A stretch of 64,000 nt of DNA from Albugo candida (Eukaryota), in assembly GCA_040437565.1 (NCBI GenBank), contig JBDOQK010000029.1, positions 248,001 to 312,000 of the forward strand, read 5' to 3'. Below are positions 1 through 12,276 of this stretch, piece by piece (the stretch's first letter is position 1; every line of letters begins with the position of its first letter). The notes beneath the pieces were generated by a model, which was not told where the DNA came from, made no database searches, and saw only the letters and a program-made list of their open reading frames with translations. A program made the translations under genes and the position numbers.

Positions 1-1850
1 CGTAGGCCATGTGTCGCCATCTTTGAAAATGTTGTAGATTTCGGATCTCAAAAGCTGTAGCGAAAGTTTCCAAAATTTAAGATGTTGCTCGTCCACCATG
101 CCAAGATTGTATCAAATATTGTGAGTACTTGGCTACTAGTAGCAGCTTCAAAATGCATAACTTGGCCGCTGTAAAACCTCCGGTTGTTCCATAGAGTACT
201 AAAGGCGCTGAAAAGATCCAAATCTGAGATTGTAATGCCCCAAACCATTCCATGCGACATTTTGATAGCTTTTTCCACCAAGAGGATGTGCTTCCTTATT
301 TTACCATTTTCTCACCGCCGTGTGGTGCGATGGGGATGATGACCATCGCCTTGTGTGGTCTAAAGTGAGGGAGGTCAAACAAGTTTTTATAATTCTGTCG
401 AAGCAATTTTCAAATGCGCAGAAATGAGTGTCGATGCATTGAATTCGAAAAATTGGAGGAATTGGTGGGTTGTAGCTAAGTCGTCGCATCAAGAACTTGT
501 TTTGTTGTCCATAATATATTGATGAGGTTATGAATAGTCTCTGCTGAGCAGGAGAATGTATACCAAAATCTTTCTTGTTTTTCCGACCAAGCAGCGATCA
601 ATTCAGCATTGGACATTACTATCGAATTGTCTCTTGTGACTTGTCCATATACTCTGCACAATCGAATATGCACGAACAGTACATCCACGTCGAAACCATA
701 CAACAAACCCAGCCTAAAAACGCCTGCCGAGAGTTGATAAAACCATCGATTCAGTCAGTATCTGAATGAACCGGCTGTCTGGACCAATTCTTCAAGCCTA
801 ATATGGGCAAACTGGGAATACGAGAACACGGCATGTTTAGAACTTGAGTGATTTGCACAAGTCCAGCTTTGCACCAGCTATCAAAATAGACTTGGACGAC
901 TTCGAGTTGCGTCGATATTCGATTCGGTGTTTCTAAGAGCAATTTCGAATCTTTCGAGAAAAATTTTCCGGTTGCGACTATGGTGCATTACAAGTAAATG
1001 CCATGTTCTTCATAGTGGCGCAGTAGCTTTCCCAAAACTTTGTTCATCATCGTTAAAGTATTCGCGAGAGAGGATCACCTTAATTAACTCCAAGTTGTGG
1101 TGCAAAAATGAACGCATAATATTACTACAAAAGGCATCAGCAACGCCTTTGTGTCGGCATACGAAAGCGAACCCAGTCGATAAATAGTTATTTAACGCTC
1201 ATGCTTTCCATATACGTCCGTTAACTCGATCATAGGCTTTCTCTAAGTAGAGGAAAATGGCATACGCTTCTTCTTCCCGATGAGGGGTCCAGTCGTGTAT
1301 ATCGGCAAAATTTCGATTGTGGTGATATATCTACCGTCCTCGCACAATTATAAAAATACATTTACATCGAGACAAGGCAGCGCGATCAGAATACAGTTGC
1401 CAGAACCACATCGTGATCCATTTTTGTACAACAAGAGGGTTGCCGAGTAACTTTGTGATCTAATTAGGATACCTCTTTGCAGATAAAATTCGAAAGATCT
1501 TAAGACACTGTTTGAAGGCTTTTTTAATGAATCCTGTAAGATACAACTGGTACTCTATTGCGGCGAGGAATACTTAGCATGTGCTTGATCTCTTCCGCCA
1601 TATCGTATGTACTTAAGCGAGTTGAGAGACGGTCCTCTCTTCTGACTCGAGGGAAACTTGTTTCGAATGGAGGAGCGTTTTGGATTTCCTATATGGATTA
1701 CTGCCTCGGTTTCTAGGCTTTTGAACGAAACCATGACACAACTTCAATGGTCGCTGAATTCGTCAATAATTTCTCGTGGGTTCGATGTCACGGAGCCACA
1801 TTTCTTTAGTAACTATTTAGATCCAAACTAGACGACAAGAACTATTGTAA
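1..1850 (-). mobile_element. Decayed L1-like non-LTR (LINE) retrotransposon, reverse-transcriptase region
   Basis: Minus-strand translation gives ordered, disrupted LINE RT motifs: LLLYKNGSRCGSGNCILIALPCLDV (~1440-1360), VRGR*IYHH, EEEAYAIFLYLEKAYDRVN (~1280-1220) and GVN*GDPL (~1090-1070), with stops and frameshifts. Bases 1-370 are homologous to the + strand LINE piece at 54498-54860. The right boundary is approximate. Confidence 0.8.
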
Positions 1851-2405
1851 GGATAATCGTAATTTTCATCTCCTTTACATTTTGCAATTTTCTCAACCAT
1901 GTTCGAAATTGTCGGAACTCGATTCGAAAAAATGCCGTGCTGGTTGGTTTCTGGACTGCTCTGCGACAAAGCTCTCGCATTATTGGAACTATTATTTATG
2001 TCTACTGCCCCGACATTTTACACAAACCATCACTGGATCCCCTATCTCACCGATAGACCAGTGATTTGGATTCCAGGTCACCATTGTCGTTTACTCCCAA
2101 TCAATGTGCTAATATTGTTGTTACGCTCCGATGTGGGCATAAAATGTTGGTCTCAATGGTTTGGTGGTAAATGGCAAGGACTTCTCTGTGGCGATATCGG
2201 CGAGCTCTCAGTCAATCTCAGCTTTTTCCCAGAAGAGATAGCAACACTTCACCTCTCAAAAGAAGATGGTGAAATGAGGTTGATTGCTGGTCCACTTCAT
2301 CGTGANNNNNNNNNNNNNNNNNNNNNNNNNNNNNNNNNNNNNNNNNNNNNNNNNNNNNNNNNNNNNNNNNNNNNNNNNNNNNNNNNNNNNNNNNNNNNNN
2401 NNNNN

Positions 2406-2468
2406 AGATAGCCTAGGCAACTAGAGAAGTCAGTTAGTCTAATTCTAGTAATATAGACACCTTCAACT
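2406..2468 (+). repeat. Repeat segment shared with 56093-56156 (probable TE terminus)
   Basis: tagcctaggcaactagagaagtcagttagtctaattctagtaa...acaccttcaact closely matches tagcctaggcaagtcgagaagtcaattagtctaattctagtag...acacctccaact. Similarity stops after CAACT in both copies. Confidence 0.75.
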
Positions 2469-3519
2469 GGAATGCTCTGCGGCTTCCAAAACACGCTGAG
2501 AACCAGGATGCATGTACAAAATACCAATATCTTCATCAGGTATTAGAAAAGTCCCCTCGTCAAGTAGAGACTCTAATGCTCAACACTAAATCTGGCAACA
2601 CTATACTTAAGCATTCAGTTGCTTCCGCTTAATTGAATATAAGTCGTTTATGACACAAATAAAAGTTGATGAGATTCTATTATCAACATATAAAGTATTG
2701 AATACGATGCTAAGATTTAGAACTAAAAATGTATACCCTTTCATATATGGAATACGTGATAATCAAATTAGTATTGATCTACAGCGTGTTATTATGTTTG
2801 GAAAAAGAACTTTTGGTTACTGAATCAAAATTGATGTTTCGTCTTCCTCCTTTACCAGAGTTTGCCGGGAGTCGAAGCCGTCCGTATAACTCGGTGATTG
2901 AGTCGGGTTTGCAGAATGTTCTTGTTCAGCCAGATGATCTCCTGCCTGTCGTGGTCAAAAATATCGAGTCTTTATATACCATGTTGAATAGATCTTCCAC
3001 CATAAAAATGTAATCCTGATAAATTTTGTGTGGTAGGAGTCACTTTTTAGTCGGATGTTGAATTCGCCAAAAACCCACCGCACCCAATTGAAGAACACTT
3101 GCATGATGACTGATGCGTACAAGTCACGGTAGGTAGAGAGATAAAAAGCCATTGCAAATACTATAGTCAACTTGACCCGTGACAAATTGCTCCACTCAAG
3201 GCATTGAAAAATGGAGCGAGTGATATGTTTAAATCATCAAATACGAGATGTGTTAAGCCCGATTCAAAAATTTTGGAGTGCAGTTATTCAGTAAATCTCG
3301 ACCTTCACCGTTGCATATACATCTTGAATATATACTAATTTCGTGAAGGAAGTCACAACACTAAGTGAAGATTTCGATTATCTATCGGGTACGTTTCTCA
3401 GGTTTTTTATAATCAGGAAAGCTCGACATTGATCACTGGGATATTGAGTTGGATGTAAAAAAGTACTGCTGGCACCATTGGAAAGTCATCATCCTGCTTG
3501 TTAGATTCTGATAAGAACT

Positions 3520-3720
3520 GAATAGATTCTACTTGACTTTGATCGTGAATTTATTATTTCTTGAAAAGAACTAATTAAGTGTTTTGGCGCATGTAATCAA
3601 TAAAAAGCTGACCATTTGTATCAACTCTATTGACGTTCGTTGTATTCAGCATTCACGCTGACGTGGACTAGCGATCAATTCCTTCTCACTATTTTGAACT
3701 GCGAGGGGGAGTGTCGAAAA
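3520..3720 (+). mobile_element. Possible Copia 3' remnant (RNase H end, polypurine tract, LTR start)
   Basis: GAGGGGGAG (3703-3711) is directly followed by TGT. Upstream NQ*KADHL weakly resembles the Copia Q.ADIFTK motif. Heavily degenerate. Confidence 0.35.
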
Positions 3721-6320
3721 TCATCACGAGTACAAGCAATGATTGCCGGATAGCTCGTCAATTTATCACATATTTAGCGAGACTTGGCTGAATTTCTTTC
3801 GGAGGGCACAGCGGATAGACACCATTAGCTTTTGCTTCCCATGTTGAAGACGTCTTGACTTTTGCAGCAGGTAAAATTTCAGGCTTGAGCGCAGGACTCA
3901 ATAAAACTAAGAAATAATGTTGAAAGAATCACTCAATGCAATCACGAAAGCCTTGGGGTGATCAGCAGTGCAGTACCTCTAATCGTATGACTCGCGTTGT
4001 CTCTTAAAGTAATGCCAACAGCCAATAGAAGCTGGTGGACGCAGATTCGAATTGCTGTAATCTCCAGATTGATCATACAACGTTGTTACTGAAGACTACT
4101 TGAGATATGTGTATCCTGCATATATAGAGCCCAAATAATAATTGAGATCGAGTGCTTCGTATGCAAGCTTAACGGCTGTATATAGCTTTCGAAGAAGACT
4201 GCGCACGAGCGCACAGATTCAATGTGGCCAACAAGGGAGGACGATCCAACATCAGCAGCATACAAAGTGAATGATGTCGAGGTGTTTATACTCTCTCTAC
4301 GACCACAAACCCAAGCTTTCATATGATGACTAAACGGGCATAAACGCGTCTCGAACATAGAAGATCTTGTAGATGTTTTGAGCAAAATAAAACGCGCAAT
4401 CAGATTTGGTGGAGATGGCAAGTCACGAGTCCTAAATTTTGAAACTCTGCCAAAATTTTGCAGTATCTCATCGGCTCTGATTTGCATGAGCGTGCCTGTG
4501 ATTTGGGTCCAAAAGTGAGTCATCTCCTGAGGATATCTTCAAAAAGAAGACGACTAAACCGTGAATAGTATTGAGCAATTCAGCGATATGTAATTATCGG
4601 AGAAAATTTAGTGTGGTTGAGTCGCTACATCTAGAAAGAGCATCAATGCGACAAAAGTTTGGCAACCGAAGATGCGTAATGGCGTCAAGCAGTTGCCACA
4701 AGTATTTAATACTAATTAGTGGCGCCATTAGTCACAGCAGCCTCTTTAGAAGACGTACAAATGAAAAGGAACTTGCATCAAAATTGGCCCAGTTCTATTA
4801 TTTAAGGATGCAAGCATCAAACTCATAATGTGCTAAAGGTATGTCATTACGAAGAGCGCCGGAATGGTGACTTAATAAGAAAAACCGGCACAATACATAT
4901 CTCATGATGGGAGATGTAAATACCTGTCAAGAACAGAAATGAGATTTGAGCTTGTATCATGCGCTTGGTATGTATTGTGATGTCCAAACTGAAGAAATGG
5001 GTGTGAGTGGCGATGATGGTGGGGTATTGTAGCGTGTGAACCATGACTGACAAAATCGTGCATGCACTCATACACGTCGGCGTGATGGGTCTAGCGCCGG
5101 CCGAGTGTCACGGTGGAGTTAAGCAAATATATCGACTGTAAGGCATTGACGTATGAACAAGCAAACAAAGGATGAAATGGATCTACATTGATAACGCTCT
5201 GGTTTGATCAGCAATAATAATGGAGCTTTGTCGATCGGCGGATACTACCTAAAAAAGGCCTTAAGCAGGACGTTTGGACTGAGCAAATAAATCCTAGACT
5301 ATAGGAAGGTGCACATTTACAACTTATAACTAGGTAGTGAAGCAGTGGCGGGCTCGATCATTATATATCATGAATTCATTACAAATGGATTCGATGCTTA
5401 TTTTGTTCGGACAGGAACCAAAAGAGGTTTGCTTGGGAGTTTGGCTAAATTAAGCCATTTATGGTTTTCATCGAGGATTTTTGCATACATCGAGGTAGCC
5501 AAGTTATGCATGTTCGACGACCTTGCATGCTTTCTTTGTTGAGTATTCATGTAGGCCTTAAATAACTGGATTATCATAGTGATGAAAATTGGCTGTGGGG
5601 AAATCAGCTAGCCTTCGGAAATTTGAAACTGTATCTGAGTCTTGGAATGATATGCGATCTTGATGTCTGAACGATCAAGCTGTTCATTGACGCTATATTG
5701 GACGAGACTGGAGAGCAACTCGAACTGTTTCTGCTAAATCTGTCTACTGCTGTGGATCATGCATCAGTACACATCGCAAACTGAAAACAAGTGCGGAATG
5801 GATGTCGACGACGGCACATACATAGCGTTTATTATGGTACGGTGGATGTGACGAGAAGACAAGTTTAGAATGGTCGACAATTCGTGCTTTGAATTTCAAG
5901 TTCAAGTTTTGCGACTGGCAATGCCAAGCATTGAAAATGTTGGAGCAATAGATTCGAATGGTGGATTATAATCATTGTAATAAAGGATCAAAGAAAGCGA
6001 CGCAGACTCAGATATGAAAACAAGCTATGCACTATTTGGATAACGTAGGCTCTCGAGACGCGGGCAAGCCACGAGAAGTAATATAGGTGGTACAGGCACA
6101 AATGATATCAAATATGCATCGAACCAAAAAGTCATAAGTCGTGCAAAGTGACGCATAAAGATATCAGACGGATACTTGGTAGTTGATCCGTGGACAAATG
6201 TAACCACAAAGAAATATCGAAATTTCGCTTAGATTTCTGTACTGCATTCACGAATGATCTCATCTGCCAATCAGACTTGCTCATCTTTTCACCTATCATT
6301 CGCTTTTATCGGTTGGTACA

Positions 6321-7068
6321 ATGACGACGGTAAGGATAAAACAACTTGAATGATGCATTCCACTCATTCCTAGTTTCAGTTTTGTATTGGGCCAGTTTGC
6401 GTACCTGCATACGCTCTTTTTCCGTTTCTCTTTCTCGTTTTGCAATGGGGCTGGGATTGGATCAAGAAACATGTGCTCGGAATGCACGATCAAACAGAAT
6501 TTCCGATTGTGTGTTGTATTAAACTAGTTAGGCATTTCACCGTATCTTGGCTAAGATATCCTCGGTAGTCACGCGTAATCCACATCAAATCCAAGCAAGA
6601 GTGGGAAAATCTGCTACAAAAGCATAAGCATACCGGACGAACGGTACGCGAACGATCCTTTTTGGACAAAAACACGGACGCTGAGCTGATCGTGTAGCTT
6701 GTGGTGGATTTTACGGCGTCGTGGTGTGGACCTTGCCGAACGATAAAGCCGTTTTTCCACGAGCAGAGCGTGAAGTATCCTTCTGCGTTGTTCGCTACCG
6801 TTGATGTGGATGAATTGCAGGTTAGAACTCGATGTATTCGTTGCGATGATGTGATTCTAAATGAAATTTCTAGCAAATTGCGAAAGAAAGTGGAGTAAAT
6901 GCAATGCCGACGTTCCATTTGTACAAAAATGGACAGCAATGTGATGAAATACGTGGTGCTGATCGTGCTGGACTCGAGCAATGCATCAGAAAACATTACG
7001 TGAAGGTCGACCTTCCAGAGGAGATGTCAGCAGGAGAGGCGGAAGCTTCCAATAAAAAGCAGCAATAG
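6321..7068 (+). CDS. Thioredoxin with N-terminal hydrophobic segment (5 exons)
   Basis: Exons 6321-6329, 6374-6508, 6569-6643, 6698-6820 and 6874-7068, joined by GT-AG introns, give [32 protein letters not shown]...[13 protein letters not shown]...NAMPTF...NKKQQ*. The active site WCGPC and the cis-Pro MPTF motif are present. Confidence 0.85.
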
Positions 7069-8154
7069 ATTGAACGTTTTTTTTACTTAAAACGAGATCT
7101 CGATACTCAAAGTTTGTAATGCACAACACGCATTCACGAAACGTCAAGGTCTTCGAAATGCTTTTTGACTTCGCATACTCATAAAGCTAATGGTATATCA
7201 TCATAAGTACGAGGATGCCATTCTTACATGTCATCTCAACTAAGATGTGACATGGAAAGTCATAGGCAACATTGGCACAAGTTGCATCGATGCTACGTAA
7301 CCACTTACAGAATATATCAAAGGAAAACAAAGGCGAGTTGAAGTTGCACTTTCTTATCACTCCAATTGTCAAACGTAGGTGTCTTCTTGATGGCGTTTGA
7401 CTACAGTCAAAGGAACTCCCTGTATATTTGTCAGACAGACGGCATTAATTGTAAGTACGACCTAATAGCTCTATCGTAAGTCTTAAGGTTGAAGTCCCAT
7501 CGTTTGCTAGATAGGTGCACTGGATCTGATGATTCCTCAATCTTTTCCTGCACCTTCAACAAAAGCTAGAGCGGTCGACTAACGCTTCGGTCCTGTCTAC
7601 CTCATATACACTTTGGCAACATGGATCGGATCTTTGCCAAAACAAGTCTCTAATCATACTTATCACACCATGACCAAGCCACTCCTCTCTTTGTTGCTCC
7701 TTCTGGCTCCAGTGCCCTTAGCAACTAGCTTAAGTCGAACCAAAAAAGTACAATATGATGTTTTTTATTGCTTCCAGTCTCTCGATGATATCTTGTTTTT
7801 GCCGCAGTCTTTTCATACAAAGTATCATTGACTTGGTGAGCTCTCAAAAGTGCAACCCCTTTCAGACGCACTACAGCATTGGCTCCATGATATATAGATT
7901 GCACGAAGCTCTAATTTATTTTAGAAACTTTCCGAGATTGTGGTGCGATCAAAATGTCGTCCACAATACACCATCCCGGACAAGAAAGGTGCTATTAATT
8001 GTAAATGAAGATAGTCCAGGCTTGCAAGGCGATCTTTTGCATGTCAAAATATTTAGCCACGAGGTTCCGGTGAGGAACATTTTGCGGCAGTACAAGCCCC
8101 GGTCTCTTGCAAGTCTTTCTCATCGCATACATTCCGCTATTGTGTTTCTAAGTA

Positions 8155-9393
8155 ATGCTTTCCGCGTTGTTTCGTTGCAACTGTTTACGCGCGTCACGAG
8201 ACGTGACCTTATCATTTCGACGGAATGGATCGGATATAAATACTCCAGTTCGTCGGCCCAGTGACTCAGAAGGGGTTTCAGCGTTGACAGCGTTTCAGCT
8301 TCACCACGACACTCGCTCACAACGTCCTTCAATGCTGTACAAGGGTAACCCAACTACAAGAGCACAATGCAGAGATCTATATCAATCAGTGCCATACCAA
8401 CTTTGTGATTTCGAGCTCCTTAAAGTGCTTGGCGTGGGTACTTATGCTACCGTCAGACTTGCCAAACACTACGCTTCCAACGTGTTTGTGGCACTCAAAA
8501 TTATTTCAAAACGACATATTCTTGAGCATCGTCAGGAGAAGCATCTTTTACGAGAGCGCTCTGTGCACTCTGCGCTTTCGCATCCATTCATTGCGACTTT
8601 ATACGGAACATTCCAGGACACGCACTATTTGTATTTCATCCTCCAGCATCTTCCCGGTGGCGACTTATGGCGACATGTATACGGTGAAAAAGATACAATG
8701 GTAGTGATACGCAAAGGCATTCCAGAGCATCACGCTGTATTTTATCTAGGCTGTATATTGCTCGCGTTGGCCTACCTTCACGACCATGCAAAGGTTCTCT
8801 ACCGCGATCTCAAGCTTGAAAATATCGCGTTAGATGCTGACGGGTACCCCAAACTCTTGGACTTTGGTTTTGCTGATTTCCAGCCTCGAAAATCAACTTG
8901 TCGATACACTTTTTGTGGAAGTATAGATTACATGGCGCCAGAAATTCTTCAGCATTGCGGTCACGATCACCGTGCTGATGTTTGGTCATTTGGAGTGTTA
9001 ATGTACGAGTTACTGCATGGACGCACACCGTTCTATCATGAGAATGCTTATCAGCACACTCAAAATATCGTTTCCAACTCGGTGGAGTTCGACGTAGAAA
9101 TCGAGAGTCTTTATCCACAAGCGTGCGACCTTATTGCAAAAATACTGGTCAAGGATCCGAATCACCGTGCTGCTTCACTAAACTCGATTCGTTTGCACCC
9201 GTTCTTCACACGTTATTACTCTAATTCGAACGATTGGAGTCGACTTGTAAGAAGGGAGTGGAATGCTCCATTCATTCCGTCTCAAAACCAGTCAGTGGTT
9301 TCGGAAGACGCAATTTTTAGTGAATCGGAGCCATTTTCGGAAACAATAGAGGGCGCTGCGGAGTCAGACACACACATATTCCGCTCATTTTGA
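8155..9393 (+). CDS. AGC-group Ser/Thr kinase, PKA-catalytic-subunit-like (true start may be 8332)
   Basis: Motifs LGVGTYATV, VALK, YRDLKLEN, DFG, TFCGSIDYMAPE and DVWSFG. The protein ends in FRSF, an FxxF motif as in PKA. Confidence 0.92.
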   Translation: MLSALFRCNCLRASRDVTLSFRRNGSDINTPVRRPSDSEGVSALTAFQLHHDTRSQRPSMLYKGNPTTRAQCRDLYQSVPYQLCDFELLKVLGVGTYATVRLAKHYASNVFVALKIISKRHILEHRQEKHLLRERSVHSALSHPFIATLYGTFQDTHYLYFILQHLPGGDLWRHVYGEKDTMVVIRKGIPEHHAVFYLGCILLALAYLHDHAKVLYRDLKLENIALDADGYPKLLDFGFADFQPRKSTCRYTFCGSIDYMAPEILQHCGHDHRADVWSFGVLMYELLHGRTPFYHENAYQHTQNIVSNSVEFDVEIESLYPQACDLIAKILVKDPNHRAASLNSIRLHPFFTRYYSNSNDWSRLVRREWNAPFIPSQNQSVVSEDAIFSESEPFSETIEGAAESDTHIFRSF

Positions 9394-9907
9394 CGCATCA
9401 GGGCGCGGGGATGGTGGTGTTCGGATTCTGCAAATAGATTCCGAAAATAGCTTAGTAGCCGGTGACTTGGCACTTGAATGGGTGCGAAGAAGAACTCGCG
9501 CTCGTGTGGCGACTTGAAGGCCTCTTTCCACCGGGATATGGAGACTCCGATGGCTCACTACCAGCCAGAAACTGTCGCGTTGCATGCGAGTGCCATGACA
9601 AANNNNNNNNNNNNNNNNNNNNNNNNNNNNNNNNNNNNNNNNNNNNNNNNNNNNNNNNNNNNNNNNNNNNNNNNNNNNNNNNNNNNNNNNNNNNNNNNNN
9701 NNCATTCCGTCTCAAAACCAGTCAGTGGTTTCGGAAGACGCAATTTTTAGTGAATCGGAGCCATTTTCGGAAACAATAGAGGGCGCTGCGGAGTCAGACA
9801 CACACATATTCCGCTCATTTTGACGCATCAGGGCGCGGGGATGGTGGTGTTCGGATTCTGCAAATAGATTCCGAAAATAGCTTAGTAGCCGGTGACTTGG
9901 CACTTGA

Positions 9908-10618
9908 ATGGGTGCGAAGAAGAACTCGCGCTCGTGTGGCGACTTGAAGGCCTCTTTCCACCGGGATATGGAGACTCCGATGGCTCACTACCAGCCAGAA
10001 ACTGTCGCGTTGCATGCGAGTGCCATGACAAAGACTATCGCCCGTGGAGTTCGTGAAATTCATGCTTCGAAACTCATGGATAAACGCGTTTACTCGCACC
10101 ATTGTAAAGAGAAGCGCATAAATTCGTCCCAGTTAAAATATGAAAAACGCCGTACTTGCGCATTTTGCCAATTCGCATTCCATGTCGTCAACCTCCCACA
10201 TGAAATTTCTTACAATCGCATTCTGGAGCTATATGCACAGTGGAATTACTCACCGAAGGATGAAATGCTTTCCGCCAAGTACAAACCCCCACGACGTTAT
10301 GACGTTGTACGCGTCTGCCGAATGTGCGCATCCCTCCTTTCTGCTCCAATTACGTGTCCCGGAACCTCGCAACAAATGACCACACCGGAGCAACTTGTCA
10401 AAGCCTCCGACAAGTTCGCGCTTCCACCTTTATTTTCATTAGAAGACGATACAACTCCCCGACAAATTAAGGCAGATTTCGCGTCTAAGAGTGGGTGTAG
10501 CAGCGCACAAGTGAAAGCGGCCACTTGCTCAAAAGTAAATGCTCCTGATTTCACTAGTTTGAGGGAATGGGCCGCAAACAAGTCGAAACGCATATCGATA
10601 TCCTGCTTGATGGAATAA
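9908..10618 (+). CDS. Hypothetical protein with two CxxC pairs (possible Zn-binding)
   Basis: 236-aa ATG-initiated ORF with CAFC and CRMC. Its 5' part is also present at 9478-9602 in the gap-flank duplicate. Confidence 0.65.
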   Translation: MGAKKNSRSCGDLKASFHRDMETPMAHYQPETVALHASAMTKTIARGVREIHASKLMDKRVYSHHCKEKRINSSQLKYEKRRTCAFCQFAFHVVNLPHEISYNRILELYAQWNYSPKDEMLSAKYKPPRRYDVVRVCRMCASLLSAPITCPGTSQQMTTPEQLVKASDKFALPPLFSLEDDTTPRQIKADFASKSGCSSAQVKAATCSKVNAPDFTSLREWAANKSKRISISCLME

Positions 10619-11313
10619 ATCAATGGTTACAAAAAATGCACAATCAGTGACTGGTTGCATGCATCCGAAGGAAGAAGGTCAGATTCCTATACAATGATCC
10701 AACGCTAAAGAAATAGCATGCATCAGAAACCAGTACGTCTGACAGACGCAATATTGCTTTAGCTTCTTCTGCTATAACGTTTGGATGAGATGGAAGCAGT
10801 CAAGGTTACTTATATTACTGAGGAAGTGTGTGGGCATTGTGAGGTTGGGACGTGATTAGTTTCAAATGATTGCCGGACAGATACAAAAGCCCGCTAAAAG
10901 ACCCAACTAGCGTCGTATATTTATTACTATTGGAATCAGTTGCATCTTTTTATCATCAAAACACATTCTCTTCCAAATTTTTGCACATGCTTTATGCGTC
11001 TGTTACTTTTTCTGGACGTTGTGCAAGCCGGTTCACCTGTTGAGGATAACGAAGATATGTGCTTAAGCTCTTGATCGAGCATCTTTCTTGTCCACTGATA
11101 CGTCCATTCTCGTGTGGGAATACGTGTAAATATCCAGGTATCTTGCTTTGCGCTCGTCCGAGAAATCTTACATCGAATGAGAGTCAAATACTACAATATT
11201 TGACACCAGAAGAGCAAAACTGCCAAGTGCTTCTTTGTATTGCATTTCAACCAGCATCACTATATCCGATATGTGAGATATATATGCGTCATTGACCTTG
11301 TTACAAAACTGAT

Positions 11314-12276
11314 ATGGACCGAAGCAAATCAGCGCCAAAGAAGCGGCGCATTACACCAACTTTAAGCAATGATCACACGCCAATAAATATCAATTTTACC
11401 GGATTTGACAGATCCGAAGGAAGGCGGTACCCGATGAGCGATAGCAAGGTCAAAGTAAGACGAACTCTTACTGCCAAAAGTCCTACTAAAAAGCGACAAA
11501 AAGCGCAGGCTTTGGAATACCATCATGCGATAAAATCGTCTAGTAGTACTAGTACTAGCATCGCGGAGTCACATCCGGATCATCAAGCATTTGCAGGAAT
11601 GAATGAGGGAAGCGGTAGGGAATCAAGGCAGCTCGACTTTAGTGAAAATGAAATTGAGAATAAGAGCGCTGAATTGGATGCGAGGAAGAGCAATGACGAA
11701 CGTTCGTTTCCTGTCATCTTTCAATGCAACAAATGCCGCTCGATTTTGGGCGATTCTTTTTCGTTCGTTTGCTCCAGCAAAAAACTTTCCACGTTGACTC
11801 TCGACGCTGTTACCAATGTGGTGATCAAGGAATACACCAAAACATCACAACAGGGTATCGATATCGGAAGTTCATTTCGAGATGTGTTCTGTCGGAAGTG
11901 CAAGATGCTGATCGGTCAGTACTACCTGACAACTCCGAGGGAGCTGGATGATATTCGAAATTGCTATAGTCTTTTTACAAAATCGATTGCCAGCTATCAA
12001 TTAGGCCATCCTCACCGCATGCGATCTCAGAGAAGACAAGATCAAGATGAAAATGATGTACGGAGCATGAGCTCCTTTGCCGAGACAACGAGTAACTGCG
12101 TCATGGAGGTGGAAGCTTTATCGCATGACCGAGCAAAAGTGAGCAAACTTTACGATGACATGAGCAAAGTACAGAATCTATTACTTGTCCTCGATGAACG
12201 ATTGCACGCTGTCGAGAAACAAGAAGAGCAGAAATATGATGCTGTTGATGAAATTGAGAGCGAGAGTGAGGCATAA
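11314..12276 (+). CDS. MIS18: Mis18-like protein (Yippee/Mis18 Zn domain plus C-terminal coiled coil)
   Basis: PVIFQCNKCRSILGDS...FCRKCKMLIGQYYLTTPRELDDIR...IASYQLG, followed by a heptad-rich helix. Confidence 0.8.
   Translation: MDRSKSAPKKRRITPTLSNDHTPININFTGFDRSEGRRYPMSDSKVKVRRTLTAKSPTKKRQKAQALEYHHAIKSSSSTSTSIAESHPDHQAFAGMNEGSGRESRQLDFSENEIENKSAELDARKSNDERSFPVIFQCNKCRSILGDSFSFVCSSKKLSTLTLDAVTNVVIKEYTKTSQQGIDIGSSFRDVFCRKCKMLIGQYYLTTPRELDDIRNCYSLFTKSIASYQLGHPHRMRSQRRQDQDENDVRSMSSFAETTSNCVMEVEALSHDRAKVSKLYDDMSKVQNLLLVLDERLHAVEKQEEQKYDAVDEIESESEA

Noticed and set aside
3720-6200. Short ORFs and a possible TGTCACG LTR start near 5105
   Set aside because: No recognisable protein motifs and no matching LTR end. 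Probably decayed repeats, but unsupported.
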